Below are positions 1 through 15,200 of a DNA stretch of 64,000 nt, in pieces. This stretch comes from Antedon mediterranea. Taxonomy: Eukaryota; Animalia; Echinodermata. The notes under the pieces are model-generated. The model saw nothing but the letters and a program-made list of their open reading frames with translations. It was not told the DNA's origin and made no database searches. The stretch is taken from NCBI RefSeq assembly GCF_964355755.1, contig NC_092676.1:22586871-22650870 (forward strand), written 5' to 3'. Numbering within the stretch: position 1 is the first letter of the stretch; each line of letters starts with the position of its first letter. Both the position numbers and the translations under genes were made by a program.

Positions 1-234
1 AGGAGGAAACAAGAAAGTTTATGGAACGGAAAAAGAAAAAAAAAGTGTATGGAATGGAAATATAGACTAAATGAGACAATTTTATGTTCTTCATCTTCAT
101 CTATTCTTTTATATTTACTGTACTGCAAAGTAAAAAAATGTTAGGAGCAAGATAAAATAATATTGTAAATATATTTGTTAACTATAACAAAATTATTGTT
201 TTGTTATTATTGTGTTTCATGTATTATACTGTAC

Positions 235-3200
235 CTGCCGGGGTGAACTCTTCTGTTTTGAATGCATTTTGAGACTGAGATACATCGCCCTCTATTGCTC
301 GAAGTTGAAGGTTATGCAACGTCCCGTCTAATGTGTACTCTCCATCGCAGCACTGGGACTAAAGCAAAACAAAAAGCGATTAAATTGTGGATAAAATTAA
401 AGCAAACCGTAAACAACAATCACTTGGACAACGTCCTATTATATTGTTTTCTCCCTAAATGTTTTTATTTTTCAACAAAGAGAAATTGTTAAATGCTTAT
501 TAATGCTTAAACTATAAATGCTATTGTAGGCTGGAAAAAAAAAAATGTGTACAGTAATCTTTGGACAAAACTTTGAGACGCATGGAAGAACAATAGAGAA
601 CACATAGATTTTTTGTTTTTGTGTACTTGTAAAAATAAAAAGAAATCAATCAACGATACATTCCATTTTATTATATCAAAATAACTGTGAAACCGGTAAT
701 GGTTTGGTTTACTGCACATCCTCAAAGGGTGGTAGAGTGCTTTAAACGAGAAGTAGCAAATTGTCTACTAGTAAAACAATCAATCGATGAAACAAAAAAT
801 ATATATTTTAAAACAAATTTTAAAAAATACTTTGATTTGGTTTACTGCACCCTGTCAAAGAGTGGTGGCGTGCTTTAGTAGTAAGAACTGAACAGTAAGC
901 AGACAAGGCACTTAACCAGGCGTGCAACTAAACTAACATGCCATGTCTCAACGACACGCAACAAAGAGTTTGCGTGATTCAAGCACATAGAAAATGCTCA
1001 ATATTTTATCCGTCTCTGACAAATGATATAAAACAGAGCTGCTTTATTATGGAATGTTGCATGACCTCAACAACTAAAAACAGATTTAATAAAAAGCAGA
1101 TTATTTTAACATATGCAATACATAATTTAAAATATAGATAAAATTGATTTCCTGTATTGAAATTAGGAAACTTATTGCAAGTCACAAGAAGCAATCCATT
1201 TTTCAAATTATTATGCCAACGAAAATGAAAAATGTCAAACCATTCATACTGTATCATACTTTACACAATACATTACCAGAGGTCCCAACTTAAAAAGGAT
1301 ACTTGCAGAAATGCAGCCAACCCTTAGAGGGTGCTATAATTGTCCAAATGACAACAGTGAGTGATGCTATTTTACTGATGACCAATAGTTCCTTAAAATT
1401 AGCTTTACATTTTTTTGCATAGCATTACTTGAAACTGAAATCGAGCTACACAGTACATGGAGCATTGTTTCTCTTTGTATCAGTACATGTTTTCTCTGAA
1501 CAAGCACAGAAATTCCCCTTATAAAACACACGCATTTTGTACCACACTGTACAGTACGTACAACATGAAAATGGTTAATTAAATACTGTAAGCTGAAGAT
1601 ATGAAGTTCACATGAAGTTAGTTTAGTTAGGTGACATTTTTATATGATTAAATGTTTTGAAAATTCAGGGTTGGTGTGGGCAACATAAAAAAGCAGGACA
1701 ATCTCGCCAAAAACGGGACAGTTGGAATCAATGAATTAAATTGGTCAGAGAGCAAAGCTTCTAACGGGAACTATGAACCCTGGGCGCGATTTTTTTTTTC
1801 GTACATACTGTAAGTTGGGGACCCCCTCATGAAACGTCACAAAATAAACAAGAATAATTCATCAAGTTAAATTTGTTGTTCCGTGTGCACCCAAGCGTAT
1901 AGCAACAAGAAGTGATTACACAACTGCGGTTCTTTCTACAATAGGCCTAGGTAGGATTCTAGGTCAATTCACGTGATTGCCTTCGCGCACTCTTCTTCAC
2001 ACACACGTCCACTATGCAAAATGTGTCGAGGCTAATCGACAGCTAGGCAAGACATTAAACTACCGTAAGTAGTAATTGGACATAGCCCAAAGAAAGTTAA
2101 GACCCACAAGAATAAAGAATGTGTATAATTTGTGTACTGTAATTTTTTAATTCTGCTATTTTATTATCAAACAATATGCATGTACTCAAAGGAACTTTAA
2201 AAATGCGCGTATATGAACACATGAGATGGGAAGATTAGACCCACGAGAATAACAAATTTATTTTTGTGTATATGTTTATTGTTTAATTTTTCTGACTTAT
2301 TACTCGGACTGTGCTGTGTCATACCTAACAGTAACACACACACGTCACACACACCCACACAGCTACTACTAGAATAGACATGGGTTTAGAGACTAATGAG
2401 GCCTAATAGTATTAATAGAAACTATAATTTTAAGACCTAATTCTTTAGTAATAAATTATATTAAAAACACCATAAACTAAAGGCTGATTATTTCGAAAAT
2501 CCACACAAAACGCCGCTATTCTTTTATGAAACCCCACGCGGCAACCACAGCGGAGATTAGGCCTAGAATCGTACCGCACTTGTGTAATCACTTCTTGTTG
2601 CTATACGCTTAGGGTACGGTGCACACGGAACAACAAATTTAACTTGATGAATTATTCATGTTTATTTTGTGACGTTTCATGAGGGGTCCCCAACTTATGT
2701 ACGAAAAAAAAAATTGCACCCTGGGCAGCCTTTTGGCTCATTTAGCTCACAAAGTACTCAAACTGTCTACTAAACTTTTTTTTCCTTTAGAAATGGATCT
2801 ACACCATTGACTCCAAACCTTGCTCCCAAATTACTGTAATATTATTTTTTTTTAACTCGTAATCTTCATCGCAAACTACAAACAATATTATTAGTTACTG
2901 AAGTGTATAGATTCATGATAAAACATTTCTTTTAGCACTCGTTTTTTCTCGCGCAAAAGAATTTCTTATTCCCCACTTGACTGAAGGACTCCAAAATTAA
3001 ATACGGGTGAATTCCTGTAGATAGGCCTTGCAAAACTATCATGAAAAAAAATCAATTAAAAAATCTGACTCATCCTAGGGAGATGGGATCTACTGTACAT
3101 TCATACAGTACAGTAATACCCAGTGCAAACATGTAAATGATGATTTGTGTGTGAAGGTCATAGCATGACAGCTGGATTTCGAACAGGTAGAAACGATGTC

Positions 3201-6200
3201 CCTTATGGTGACAGCGTGCCTAAATATGGGAAGTCAGGCTTGCGATCAACATGTGCCCTGCCCATGGAGGCTACAGCCTTCAACTGCGACAGACACTATT
3301 AAGTTCTAAGCTATTAGGCAGGAGTACAGAAATTATTGGCGTTTAGCAAAATTTATACTAGCCTTGATTTTGTGGTACTTGCATGTACCGCCCTTTTAAA
3401 TAATTGTACAACATTTATTTTACAAACTTTAATTGGCTGATTGGATTAACGAATACATGTTATTTGTTTAATGTAGGTCTTTTTTTGTAATCCTAGTTTA
3501 TGTACTGTATCTATCATTTCAGTACAACAACCAAAAAACAAGACGACTGGTTGGTTCATCACAAATTTGCTGCCTATTTTTCAAAATGTCATTTGACAAT
3601 TACTGTACCACTTTATAAAGGATAACTAATAAAGAAAAATTTTGATTTATAAAAATTAAAGGGAATATATAGAAAACTAAAATTAAATATTCTGTGAAAC
3701 AAAAAAAAAACCCTAAGAAATTAAAAGATCTCAAATTCCAAAGTTATTAAATTGACCAAAAAGAAGACAAAGGCATACTGTAAGGTGATGTAATGATTTT
3801 AGTATCTTTAAGCTTTACTTTACACAAATCTGACACTATGAATGTATTCAATCACTGTGAATTGCACCTCTACCCTGAGGTCCCCCTTGCCACTTGACCT
3901 ACTTATGAACAAAAGAATGATAGTCACGTTTCAAGCAGTGCCTACCAAAAAAAGGGGGTACTGCTTTCTTTGCAACAACAATCCTCTAATAAGCCAAAGA
4001 TGTGAATGAACTTTGGTAATTTAAAATGAGGGTGGACAATATAAGCCGTAACAATCTATTCCACTGGGAAAATATATTGTGGAGTCATCCTGTCAGGAAT
4101 AAAGAATTAATTAACAGAGATTTTCATTGATCAAGTAAATCTTTTTACAGCATTACAATAATTTCTGAAACCGTTATACCATAAACTGGACATGAGATCC
4201 TTTAAAATTAATTTAATTCTAAATAGGAATATGAATTGATATGTTATTTCAAAACTGATCTCCCGAATAGATACTTTATTTTTATTATTTATTATTTTAT
4301 TTTTTTATTTTTACTAAGAGTACAGAACTCTACTAATCTTTTTAAATGCTTCAGACTGAAGTCAGAAAATATGTAGTGAAATTTTTAAATGAAAAAAAAA
4401 AAACCTGCATTCAGAACTTGATTAAGTGTCCCTATAAAAAAGATCCTTATCTAGAAGTCGGCAACAATTATGCCAAATTATGTAAAAATATGAGAAATAA
4501 GTGAACATAGTGCTTTAGCCCTGAAAAGGCAATTTGTAAGTTCAAATTTGGCATGACAACAGGCAGAAGGTACCGATTTAAAAAAACTGTGACTCACTGT
4601 ATTGGAGTCAAGTTTCTGATTTTAACTTGTGCTTGGGTGAAAAGCGCTTAACCAGCGATAAATATCAACAGGTGTTTGGGGTACGAAAGTTAAATTATTA
4701 CAATTTTACGTCCGTTAAGTTTCATAACATCACGTTTGTTCGCTTCCAATGATTTGTTTTCTCCGTTTTTTTGTTTTCGTAATGAAGATGATCAGACATT
4801 CTATAAATATAATAATTTGTGGTAACAGATGTAAAAGTAAAATCTCAATATAAACAAATGATATTTACAATTTATGCATGACTCAGTTTAATGAGGATAC
4901 TAATTTACTGTAGATCTGGAGATATCACAAAACATGTCCTTACATGCATTGTTTGTTGTTTAAAAATAAGGGAAAAAATCATAAACCTTAGTAATTTATT
5001 ATACAGTAATTTCATCCATATTTAAATTCTTCCAATTTTTTTTCTATTATTAGCATCTATCTATTGTATTACTGTACAGTATTGTTCTAAAGCTATACTT
5101 TCAAACTTTGACAAAAAAAGTGTGATGTGTCCAAATATGGTAGTGATGCTTAAATATGCCGTAGTGACGTGACATCATCAAGTCCATATACAGTATGGGC
5201 ACATCACATTTTTTTGTCACATAAATGTTGATAGTGTAGACAGAGCCTTAACGTGTGGAGAAACAAATTAACAGTTGACTAAAACTGTTCAGGTTCTATC
5301 TCAAGGAAATAGAGGGCACCATTGTATGAAATGTGTACATCAATTAAACATCAATTGTTATTGATTTCCACATACACCTCACATACATGGAGGATGCATA
5401 TTAAGATAAGATAAATCTTTATTGTCATGAACACAACCAGGCGAACATGAAGTTGGTTTTCCTTTGATGCTTAAAAACACATACAATTTATAAAACATTA
5501 AAAATATCAATACAATACATTAAAACTATATACAGTAGTAAACAAGTAAACAAACTATCTTTGAAATTTTGAGTTGGAAACATAAATAGAGATGTGGACA
5601 AATGATTTCCAACATCGAGTGGTATTGCACATTAAAGGACGAATTCTACCAGATTTATTTACAACATATTTATCATTCAATGGGTGTGAGTTATCTTCCA
5701 TTATTTTCTTAACTTGGCTAATAACATAGCTCCTGTAAACTGCGTCGATAACATTGACATTCTTTCCTATTATTTTACTAGCAGTTTTCATTATACGTAA
5801 CGGTCAAGTTTTTTTTATCATTAGCACTCAGACTATTGTACCAAACAACACAGTTAAAAGTTACAACACTAGAATAACACTCTGGTGAAATTATGTATTA
5901 TTATTTGGTCTTTGTATTGTATCATTTGAACTGTTTAGAAAGTCTTTGTATTATGTCAACATTTGTAACATGAATATCTGAAGTACTGTAGCTAAAACAT
6001 TCAATTAATATCATGTTTCATTATACTCCCTCACTGCTCTAATTTAATTTGCCTAATTACATTGAATAATGTCATATAAACATTTCCAAAGTCCCAAAAA
6101 TCACGAATTGCATGATTTTTTGAAAATCCAACCTCTTAGACATTTCTGACATGCGACAAATGATTCTATGACACAAACCACCCTACTTAAGATTATATGG

Positions 6201-9200
6201 TTTATGTATTAAGCATAGACTTAAAGTTAAGTCAAAAGAAAGCGAAAGCATCTTTAACTCATCATTATTATCTTTAATAGACACATTAATATCTTGTTGA
6301 ACATAGGTGTTTGGATGGGCAACGCCCTTGGGTGAAGATCACAAGACTTTACAGAGACCTACATGATGCCACTCACATGGGATTACTGTGGGAGTTACTG
6401 TATTCCTGATCAGCAGATCGGGGCTAGTTAGAATTTGTCATGCAAGACAGTTGAGGAATAGAAAAACAAAAGTTATTTTAAAACAAATTTGATATTTAAA
6501 GTCGTGTTTTAGTTACTGTAGTATTAAAACCAACAAAATTACATAGTTGGTATATTTTTTCCATGACAGGACTGACGGTTAGAATTTCTGTCAATCTAGA
6601 AATGTTTGCTTTCAAGTTTCTTTTTAAAAATGTTATAAAATAATGTTTCCCTCTCTCTGGCTTGTAAGTACTGTAGATGTTTTTAAATTTATTTTTGCGG
6701 TGATTGCTAAATAAAATCTACATTAGTTACTCGGTTTACCAACAGCTTTTACTTCATTTAATAATTTAACGTTACCTTACAAGAGTAAAAAAAAAACATA
6801 ACATTTAATTAATCTCTATGATGCTGGTCTTATAGTACACAGCTACCCACATAATCAACATTAACGAAAACAAGTAACTACCTACACAGTGACATTTTTT
6901 CAAAAGATTCTAACAGATTAGGACATCCGCTATTAGGTATACAATTTGTCAAGCTCGTCACATGATACAATATTATTGCACATTAGTTTAATGTTAATGT
7001 TTTCGCCTTAACCCATGTAACCTAGTTTAATGTTAATGTTTTCGCCTTAACCCATGTAACCTAGCTATTCCTGTTCATGTACTGACTCAGTGACATAACG
7101 CCCACATAGCAGAATCGTACATGGAGAGTGAATGAGTGAAAGCAAGAATAACAAATTCACCGACTACTGTGTTTAAAAAAATTAAATATCTGACTAATAA
7201 TAAAGAAAAGTGGACCTAGAATATCAAATAACAAATAATGTATGAGGCCATCCTCCCAATCTACCACTACTTTAAATCTATCATGGAAATTGTTTGGTAG
7301 CAGCTGGTGGTATCACATTGAATTTGTTTTCAAGAGTAAAAGTCGTATGGTAACATTTTCATTCACACACAATATCATTCACTCTTTCTACAGTAACAGC
7401 TAGATAATTTATTTGAAAACAAATTTAAAAGATTCTAGATTCATATCCAAGATTTTGAATATTTTTATTAGGTATACCAAACAAAACATCGTGACAAGGT
7501 TAGCCTAAAAAAAGTTCATCAACTGCTAGTGCTACACACCTGAATTGTCTTATACTTCACAAACATACAGAAGTACATACAGAAGTACTGTACTGTAGGA
7601 TGAAAACTTTCACATTGACCCAATTGGGAAGAATTGAATCTTATAGAAGTTTCGTTGCAAACAGGCAGGTGAACCTAACTTTAAAAAGGTGTCAATTATG
7701 GGCGTCCTTAACGAATCGACCAGTTAATTAAACAATTAAGATAAGTGATCTGATATTTTCAGGAAGTAAATACTCTCATATACTTAACAAGATATTTGAC
7801 CCAGTCAATAGTTGAACTGAACATCAAATAAAAACAGGCATAGGCAAGTGACGCACATCGCCTTCCCTAATTTAAACTAGCCTAATTCATCCGGAAAGGT
7901 CATGTTTCCATAATATCAAAGAAGGCCTACCAACAGATCAAGCAATAAATTTATAATTAATAATGAAAGCTACCCATCCCATGTATCCGTCATTATGTTT
8001 GGTTTTACGCACTTTGCTGACCTGAAACCAGCGATGCAGACAACTGACTTTTGGTGTCATCTTAGATAATTCATCAACGTAGAATAATACAAGAAAAATT
8101 AATAAATAGGTCACATATGGTGAATATTAGTTTGAGTAAATATTATAAGAGTAAAAATAAGTCAATGATATTTAAGAGTAAATACATCACAGTTTGATTT
8201 TCAATCGGTTTTGGCACTTCCCTCGATAGTGGAATAACTTGAATACTGACCGGACGGAAGGGTCAGGCAATCACAGACAAACTCACTTTATGAAAATTAT
8301 CATTATAATGATCGCCTTGATCAATGACAGTCATCTAGCAATGTCACACATCAATTGTTCAAGTCATCATTTTCAAAAATGAAACTTGGAATGATGATTA
8401 TGAATTACATAATTTTAGGTAAAAACTGGGTGGAGTACCTGTATATGATTAATAATTTTATAATGTTTTCATGTAAATCTTATGTATTTGACCCCTATAA
8501 GACATTAACCCTTTTTTCTGACCTTAAACTTTTAAAAATGTGTGTATCATATTGTAATAATAGAGTTTTATCGAAAGTACATCAAAAAAAGAATAGGTGA
8601 TGAAATGTGTGAAATGAATGTTTTATAACTGAAAAATCTACATATTAAGAATGATTGTTGTTAATGTACTTTTTAACCAGTATAGTTAGTTTTACTGACA
8701 CTGTGGTAATATAAGTCCTACTGGAGTGGTAGTCGTTGTTAAAAAGTACCAACGGTCTTGGTTATCAAACTGAAACCAGCTTTCAGATTTTTTTGGTCAA
8801 TATACTGTAGCTAGTGACTCGTGTAATTAAAGTCAGTGTGATCGAGGCTTAAGCCTATAGTACCCCACTCAAATTATCTTATAATATAAGTGTTCCTAGA
8901 TCCTTTAAACTAACCCTTAAAAACAAGGAGCTCATCCATAATCAACAAGTGATTTAGCAATATTGAGGAAATGGTGTTCGGTTTCTTTTTCATTTAGTCA
9001 TGCTACGATTTCTGTATAATTTATTGACAGATTTGCATGTTTCTTTCGTGAGACACGTAATAATAAAGTTATCAACAAATTCAGATCAAGGTTAGTGCAA
9101 TTTTGACATGTATTTATGACAGATGCTAAAAGGTATGACAAAACAATCTCAAATCAGAAAAACATGAAATGCAAATTATTCAATGTGGAAATTATCTTAC

Positions 9201-12200
9201 TTAAATGATCATTTTTTTTCTAAATAATTTATTACGGAAGTATTTATTACGGAATTAATGTTGTACTGTATCTATCGAATGGTCAATGATGTCTTCACAT
9301 TCTGTAATTACAAATGAAATGCATGGAAAGAAAGAGCAGAAAAAAATATTGTGCACAGGGTATTTTTTTAGGGAGTACCTAAGAGAACTAACTCTACTAT
9401 AAAAATGTTGTCCTGTCAGGGAAAAATTTAATTTTAAAATTTTGTTTAGCAATATTGCTAATCAAACTGATTTTTTAGTCGAGAAACATAGTTTTGTATT
9501 GTCTTTTTTGCTACACAATTTTAGAAATGTGTAGCAATAAGGTTGTTTTGTATAGCTTTTTGCTATGCTACACTGGCGAAATTATTCCCTGCCTGTAAAT
9601 ATTGCATATTTTGTTACCAGTATACAGTCTCTGTGGTTCACATCATCAAAACTTTCGCATTGATGTACTTAATACAACACAGGCATAGTGACTTCAAAAT
9701 GATCTGCTTTTGACCAAGGTGATGCAACCATTCTTTGGTCCCTCTCCATGGTAAACCACTTCTTGAGCTGTGATTACATGGAGTTCGCTCTCTATTTAAT
9801 TATAAAATCTCTTTGATCAAACCACACAAAGAATGATGGAATAAAAATCTATTCTTCATAAAGCTTGAGTTCCCACTTGCAACTTAACAGTGTTAGCGCA
9901 CAATGCAAGTGACTTGACCAATCACAAGCTACAGTTCGGATGATCCATCGCGTCATGATTGGTCATATTACTCATGATAGGTTTGTACGTTCTTGTGTTG
10001 CATCTAAGTGGGAACGAAGTTTATGAATTATGATTGAATGCCTCCGCCACACGGATGACAACTGTAGAAAAAAACTAAGTTCCTTGAAAAGTCTAGTACA
10101 AACTTCATTACATCATCAATCAATCCTACTACATTAAAGTTTGAAACCCTACCTACTAATCAGAAGATCTTCATCAATGCTTATTAATAAATTGTATAAT
10201 CATTTTCACTCAGGGACTTTCAACTGACTTGTTCCTGCCACGCCTTTCCTACAGCCTTGAAAATTATTAAATATTATTAAATTCCATGCCAAATACCTGT
10301 TCTTCCCAAGGATATCTTTTTTATTTTGATAAATATTAATTAGGAATAAGCGAACAGGACTTGAACGATGCCAGATGTCAATTATTTACAGATTTATCAA
10401 TGTAAACAAATAGAATAACTTGTAATTTTATAATTAATTTTAGTAGTTATTTCCTGTAAACCCTAACCTACTTTCCTATCATTCAATAAAAAAAAATTAT
10501 ATTATAATACAATAAAAAACAAATCAATTTTTACAATTGTAGCTACTGTGAGATTAAAAAAACATTGATAATTTCATTTTTTTTTTGTAATGGTTGTATA
10601 CATTTTATGATTTGTTGGTTGTGTTTATTTCTTCATTTCCTCACTTTCAACAGCGGAAAACAACCAATTAGAGGAAGAAACATGTAGAAAATATGTGATG
10701 AAATCCTCATTAAAACAGTGTCAATGACTTGATAAGAAATATAGGCAGTGCGATGCCTGCAGATGACTAAATGCCGTCTTGAAAATTAGCATGTGTAATG
10801 TTGAAGATTGGGTTTAAAAAAGAAATGTGTTTAAATATTTCATTAATTTGACATTTAACAGTATTTTAAATATTGATAAGACTAAGAGAACATTTCTAAT
10901 AATTTTCAAATGATAAACAGAAATTTCAAATATTTCATGAATGATGATTGATTTGATTTATTTCGGCATCAGTACATAAAATATCACAGACATACAATTA
11001 AAATTGACAAATATAAAAATACCAATATAAAACAAGGATGCCAAGGATAACTCATAAAAGTCCTCTACGGACTTGTTTCCAATGAGGTCCTTTGAAAGAA
11101 CATCAAAAAAGACAAACAAAGCAACATAATAAAAATGACAAAAAACAGCAAAAAGGACAATCGAAAAAAGAAGAAGCGCTAATTAATTAGTTTCTAGAGC
11201 TAGTGAGCGTGAGCTAGTGATTTTGGCACTAAAACACTAGAGATATCTCTACCAGATAAATAGCTGGGGCATATACATTAGGGTTATAAGGGGCCAACCC
11301 TTGTAAAATGAGATTGTCTAAAGATAGAGTACACTGAACTGGCAAGTCGCTACTCATAACTTCAACCATTGCCCTCTATATCAATGCTTAATAAGAATTC
11401 ATGTTCCATTTACAATACAAAAAAAATCATATTTGTTCCATTTCCTTTCAAAAATATCTTCAACATATTAATAACTGCATGTATATCTTTAACAGTTGGG
11501 GTTAGGAAGAACTTTTATCTACTTAAAGACATGTGTTAGATTGACAAGTAAAAAACTGGCTGTTGTCTACTGTAGACTCCAACTAGTAATCAATAATTAA
11601 TAGAAATAAAAATACCATGAAACATATCATATTGGTTTCAGATAAAGTAAACAGATTTTAATGTTTTTAGTGTTTTAGCAAATTGTTACGTCCTGTTTTG
11701 TGTACAGGTTTATAGTTTTTTGCTATGATATTTTGATTTTAATGTTTTTAAACCGTTTGATGTTTAGAGATTTTAATGTTTTTAACTGTTTGATGTTTAG
11801 AGATTTTAATGTTTTTAACTGTTTGATGTTTAGAGATTTTAATGTTTTTAACTGTTTGATGTTCAGAGATTTTAATGTTTTTAACTGTTTGATGTTCAGA
11901 GATTTTAATGTTTTTAAACTGTTTGATGTTTAGAGATTTAATGTTTTTAACTGTTTGATGTTCAGAGATTTTAATGTTTTTAACTGTTTGATGTTCAGAG
12001 ATTTCAATGTTTTTAACTGTTTGATGTTTAGAGATTTAAATGTTTTTAACTGTTTGATGTTCAGAGATTTTAATGTTTTTAACTGTTTGATGTTTAGAGA
12101 TTTAAATGTTTTTAACTGTTTGATGTTCCGAGATTTTAATGGGTTTTTTTATTGTGCAATTTGTATATGTAATTTACTTTCAATTCAATGTTTTATATTG

Positions 12201-15200
12201 CAATGAGTAGAATGAATACAACCAGAAATAAAAAAAATTTACAAATTCGATCTAAAATTTATTGAATGTAAAATTAATTGTTACCCCATTTGATTGTGAC
12301 AAGACGATATCACTACCACCCGAGTATTGTAGCCTCAATGATACAGACTATAACATAAAGTAGATTCAAGACATTAAATTTATAATAACCATGGTTATTT
12401 CTCTGCATCATCTTTATATAGAGGGCGCATGTCTAAATTCAATGTTTCAGTTTCAGATTTTATTTCACACATAAATATAACACAATACATACATTTTTAT
12501 TTCTTCTAAATATAAATAATAAAAAAGTGTGTGGAGATTGCATTAAGCCAATTTCGCTTTAGGTCTGAACCTCCAAATGAAACAAATATATACATGTGGG
12601 GTTGCATGTACTGCACCATTTTGAGAAGCTAGAGTGTAGGCCTGCATGTAGCCTACTCTAGGTTTCAGTTGCAAGCAGGTATGTACTGTTTGTACAGCAT
12701 CTATTATAGTATAAATCAAATATTGACTTTGGGGGAAATGGAAATCTGGAAAATAATAAGCCTGCAGATCCTCTTGGCTATTATAAATATTTTAAACCAT
12801 GTTTCTCTCAACCTAGACAATATTTGTACTGTACAAATTACTCAGTATACCAACAAAAGTACTATGGTATGACCTTTTGGAAGAAATGGTTCCAATAAGG
12901 GCAGACAGGGAAGAAATTAAACTATACGAGTTGCAGATATACAGTAATAAAGAGATCAATTTAAAAGAAAGATTTATTTATAAGAAACAAGATATTTCCT
13001 CTATCTTCAATTTGCTTGAGGTGATTATAAAAGTAGCCACAGTAGCTCTATATAAAACATATGAAATAAAATATTTTTAAAAAAATTGTTAAAGGAAGCT
13101 TGAATGATACCCTGTCTGATTTACTAAAATACTGTACTGGTATTAATTAGAGATCAAACAACTTCTTTTATTAACCTCTAGAGGGCAGCATGAATACTTC
13201 ACAATTATGAATTACAGTTTTAATGCTGAATACAGGTGAAATCAATTATATTGTTGTTCTTCGAACACTAATTAAATATTAATTATTTAATATATTACAA
13301 TTATAATGGGATTGATTATCAAATAAAACAAATTTACAGAGCCTACTGTAATAGCATTGTATTGAAAATATATTACTACTGAATGTCAATATTTTTTTTA
13401 AATTATGGTGTTTTTTGGCCGTTTAATAAAAAGATTGATTAATTATCTATTTACTACCACATGTCATCAAATTATATCAAAACATTATAAAAATATGGTA
13501 CAGTGCTTGTAATAAATTCAATGAACTATTTTCCTAAATTCCATTGTATTGTAATTTATAATTATAAATAATTAAAATTATTTGTAGTTTTCAATATATA
13601 GTTTTACTCGAACATAATTTTCATGTCCTTAAGGACTAAATATGTAACTATGTTAATATGTTACTAATTAGGAACAATAAAATAAAGTTTTTTAAAATCT
13701 ATTTGAATTGAATTGAAAAAAAAAATTTATCTTTAATATGTTTAATTTTACACAAACAAACTGACACTCTAGTTTCCACATTTTTAAATTAATACCAATT
13801 ATTTTTGAAAGAAAACATGTATCTAAACAGACTTTGTTGTATTTGGTATTGGGTAATTTAAACATTAATTCACTTTTGCGGTGTTGTTTCGGCGTGACAT
13901 GAGAGAAATATGTGCATGTTATTTATGTGTACGGATTAGACGCAAATGGACATAGGAAAGGTTAATTAATTCATTGTTGGATGCACTATACATGTATTCA
14001 GGTAGGATTATCATAGTTCATAAACTTTACTAATTTCAGTCAGTCAAAAGCTGTAAGTAGTACACTTTGTACAACTAGGATTTCAAATTATGTTATTACT
14101 ATGCAGTGTATACAACATTGTATTTAACAACTATTAAGGGGACACCTTCAGGACCCAACAAAGTGTAGCCTTAATGGCGGTGTCCAATGAATAGTGTTGT
14201 AGGTAGTGTTAAAACATGCATTGCACATTGTTCGTTTCACAGGAAAGCTTCTATGCAACAAAGGAGGGGTTCTACTGTACTAAAATAAAGCTAAATACAG
14301 AGGGCAGTATTTTATTTTTTCTAGATAAACAAATGATGTATGTCTTTGACCAGTACTCAACAACAGAGGGCAGTATTTAGGCTATAAAATCTGAACATTT
14401 TTAGCCCTTTTAACACTTTCACCGCCAAAGACGGAAATCTCCGTCTTTCGATGCCCAGCGCCAGACCGCCAAAGACGGAAATTTCCGTCTTTGGCTTTTT
14501 ATTGCACAATTTGTTAGATCAGGTATATATGGATCGCATGTAGAAATTTCAACATCCAAATCGATCTGGACCGCAAATATTTTGATACTTTATTAACCCC
14601 TAGTGCCATTGACCCAGCTGGCCTATATCGCGTCCTATCCATAAACAACATAATGTGCTTACTGCGGACGAAGCAATTGCAGAAATATTTGCCGACTCTG
14701 ACTCTGAAAATGAGTATTTATTATCCCCAGATGATGAAGGTATATTTGTACCTAAACCTGGTTTATAAAATGTAATAAATAATTGGAGATAATTTAGCTA
14801 GCCTGGCCTAGGCTAGTTTGTAGAATAGGTTGAGAAACGTGACACTGACAGACGGTGCAGCCAGGCTAAAAACCTCATTATCTCTGCTTTGTTCTCCAAT
14901 TGAGCCTAAAGTGCTAAAAGTGAGCCAAGTTCTTTGTACAATTATGTGGTATTATAGTTTTATTTCAATAAAGTGTTTGGTACCATTGGAAAGTTTATTT
15001 CTATCTCATTATTTGAGTGTATATTGCATGTTATTCTGATTACAAACACCTTTGCTATGAGCTTTGAAAAACAGGTAAATTTATCTAAAATGGCTGGCGG
15101 TGAGGGGTACTTCCTTTATTGAATGCCTGGCGGTGAAAGTGTTAATTTGCGAAAATATTCAATCTGATCTACATTTCCAGGGTGATGAAAGCTGGTGATT

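Noticed and set aside
9630-9800. Possible extra p190 exon in the large intron
   Set aside because: Short frame ending in a stop, no p190 similarity; exons 15564-15456 and 358-235 already join in frame and colinear with known p190 sequence.
11700-12206. ORFs with repeated MFRDFNVFNCL; CRISPR-like look
   Set aside because: Pure 33-bp tandem minisatellite with no unique spacers and no cas genes, in eukaryotic intronic context.
10945-12580. Possible LINE 3'-UTR remnants (microsatellite tail plus stem-loop) at ~10945-11100 and ~12445-12580
   Set aside because: Plausible, but there is no coding remnant or second copy in the window to support a call.
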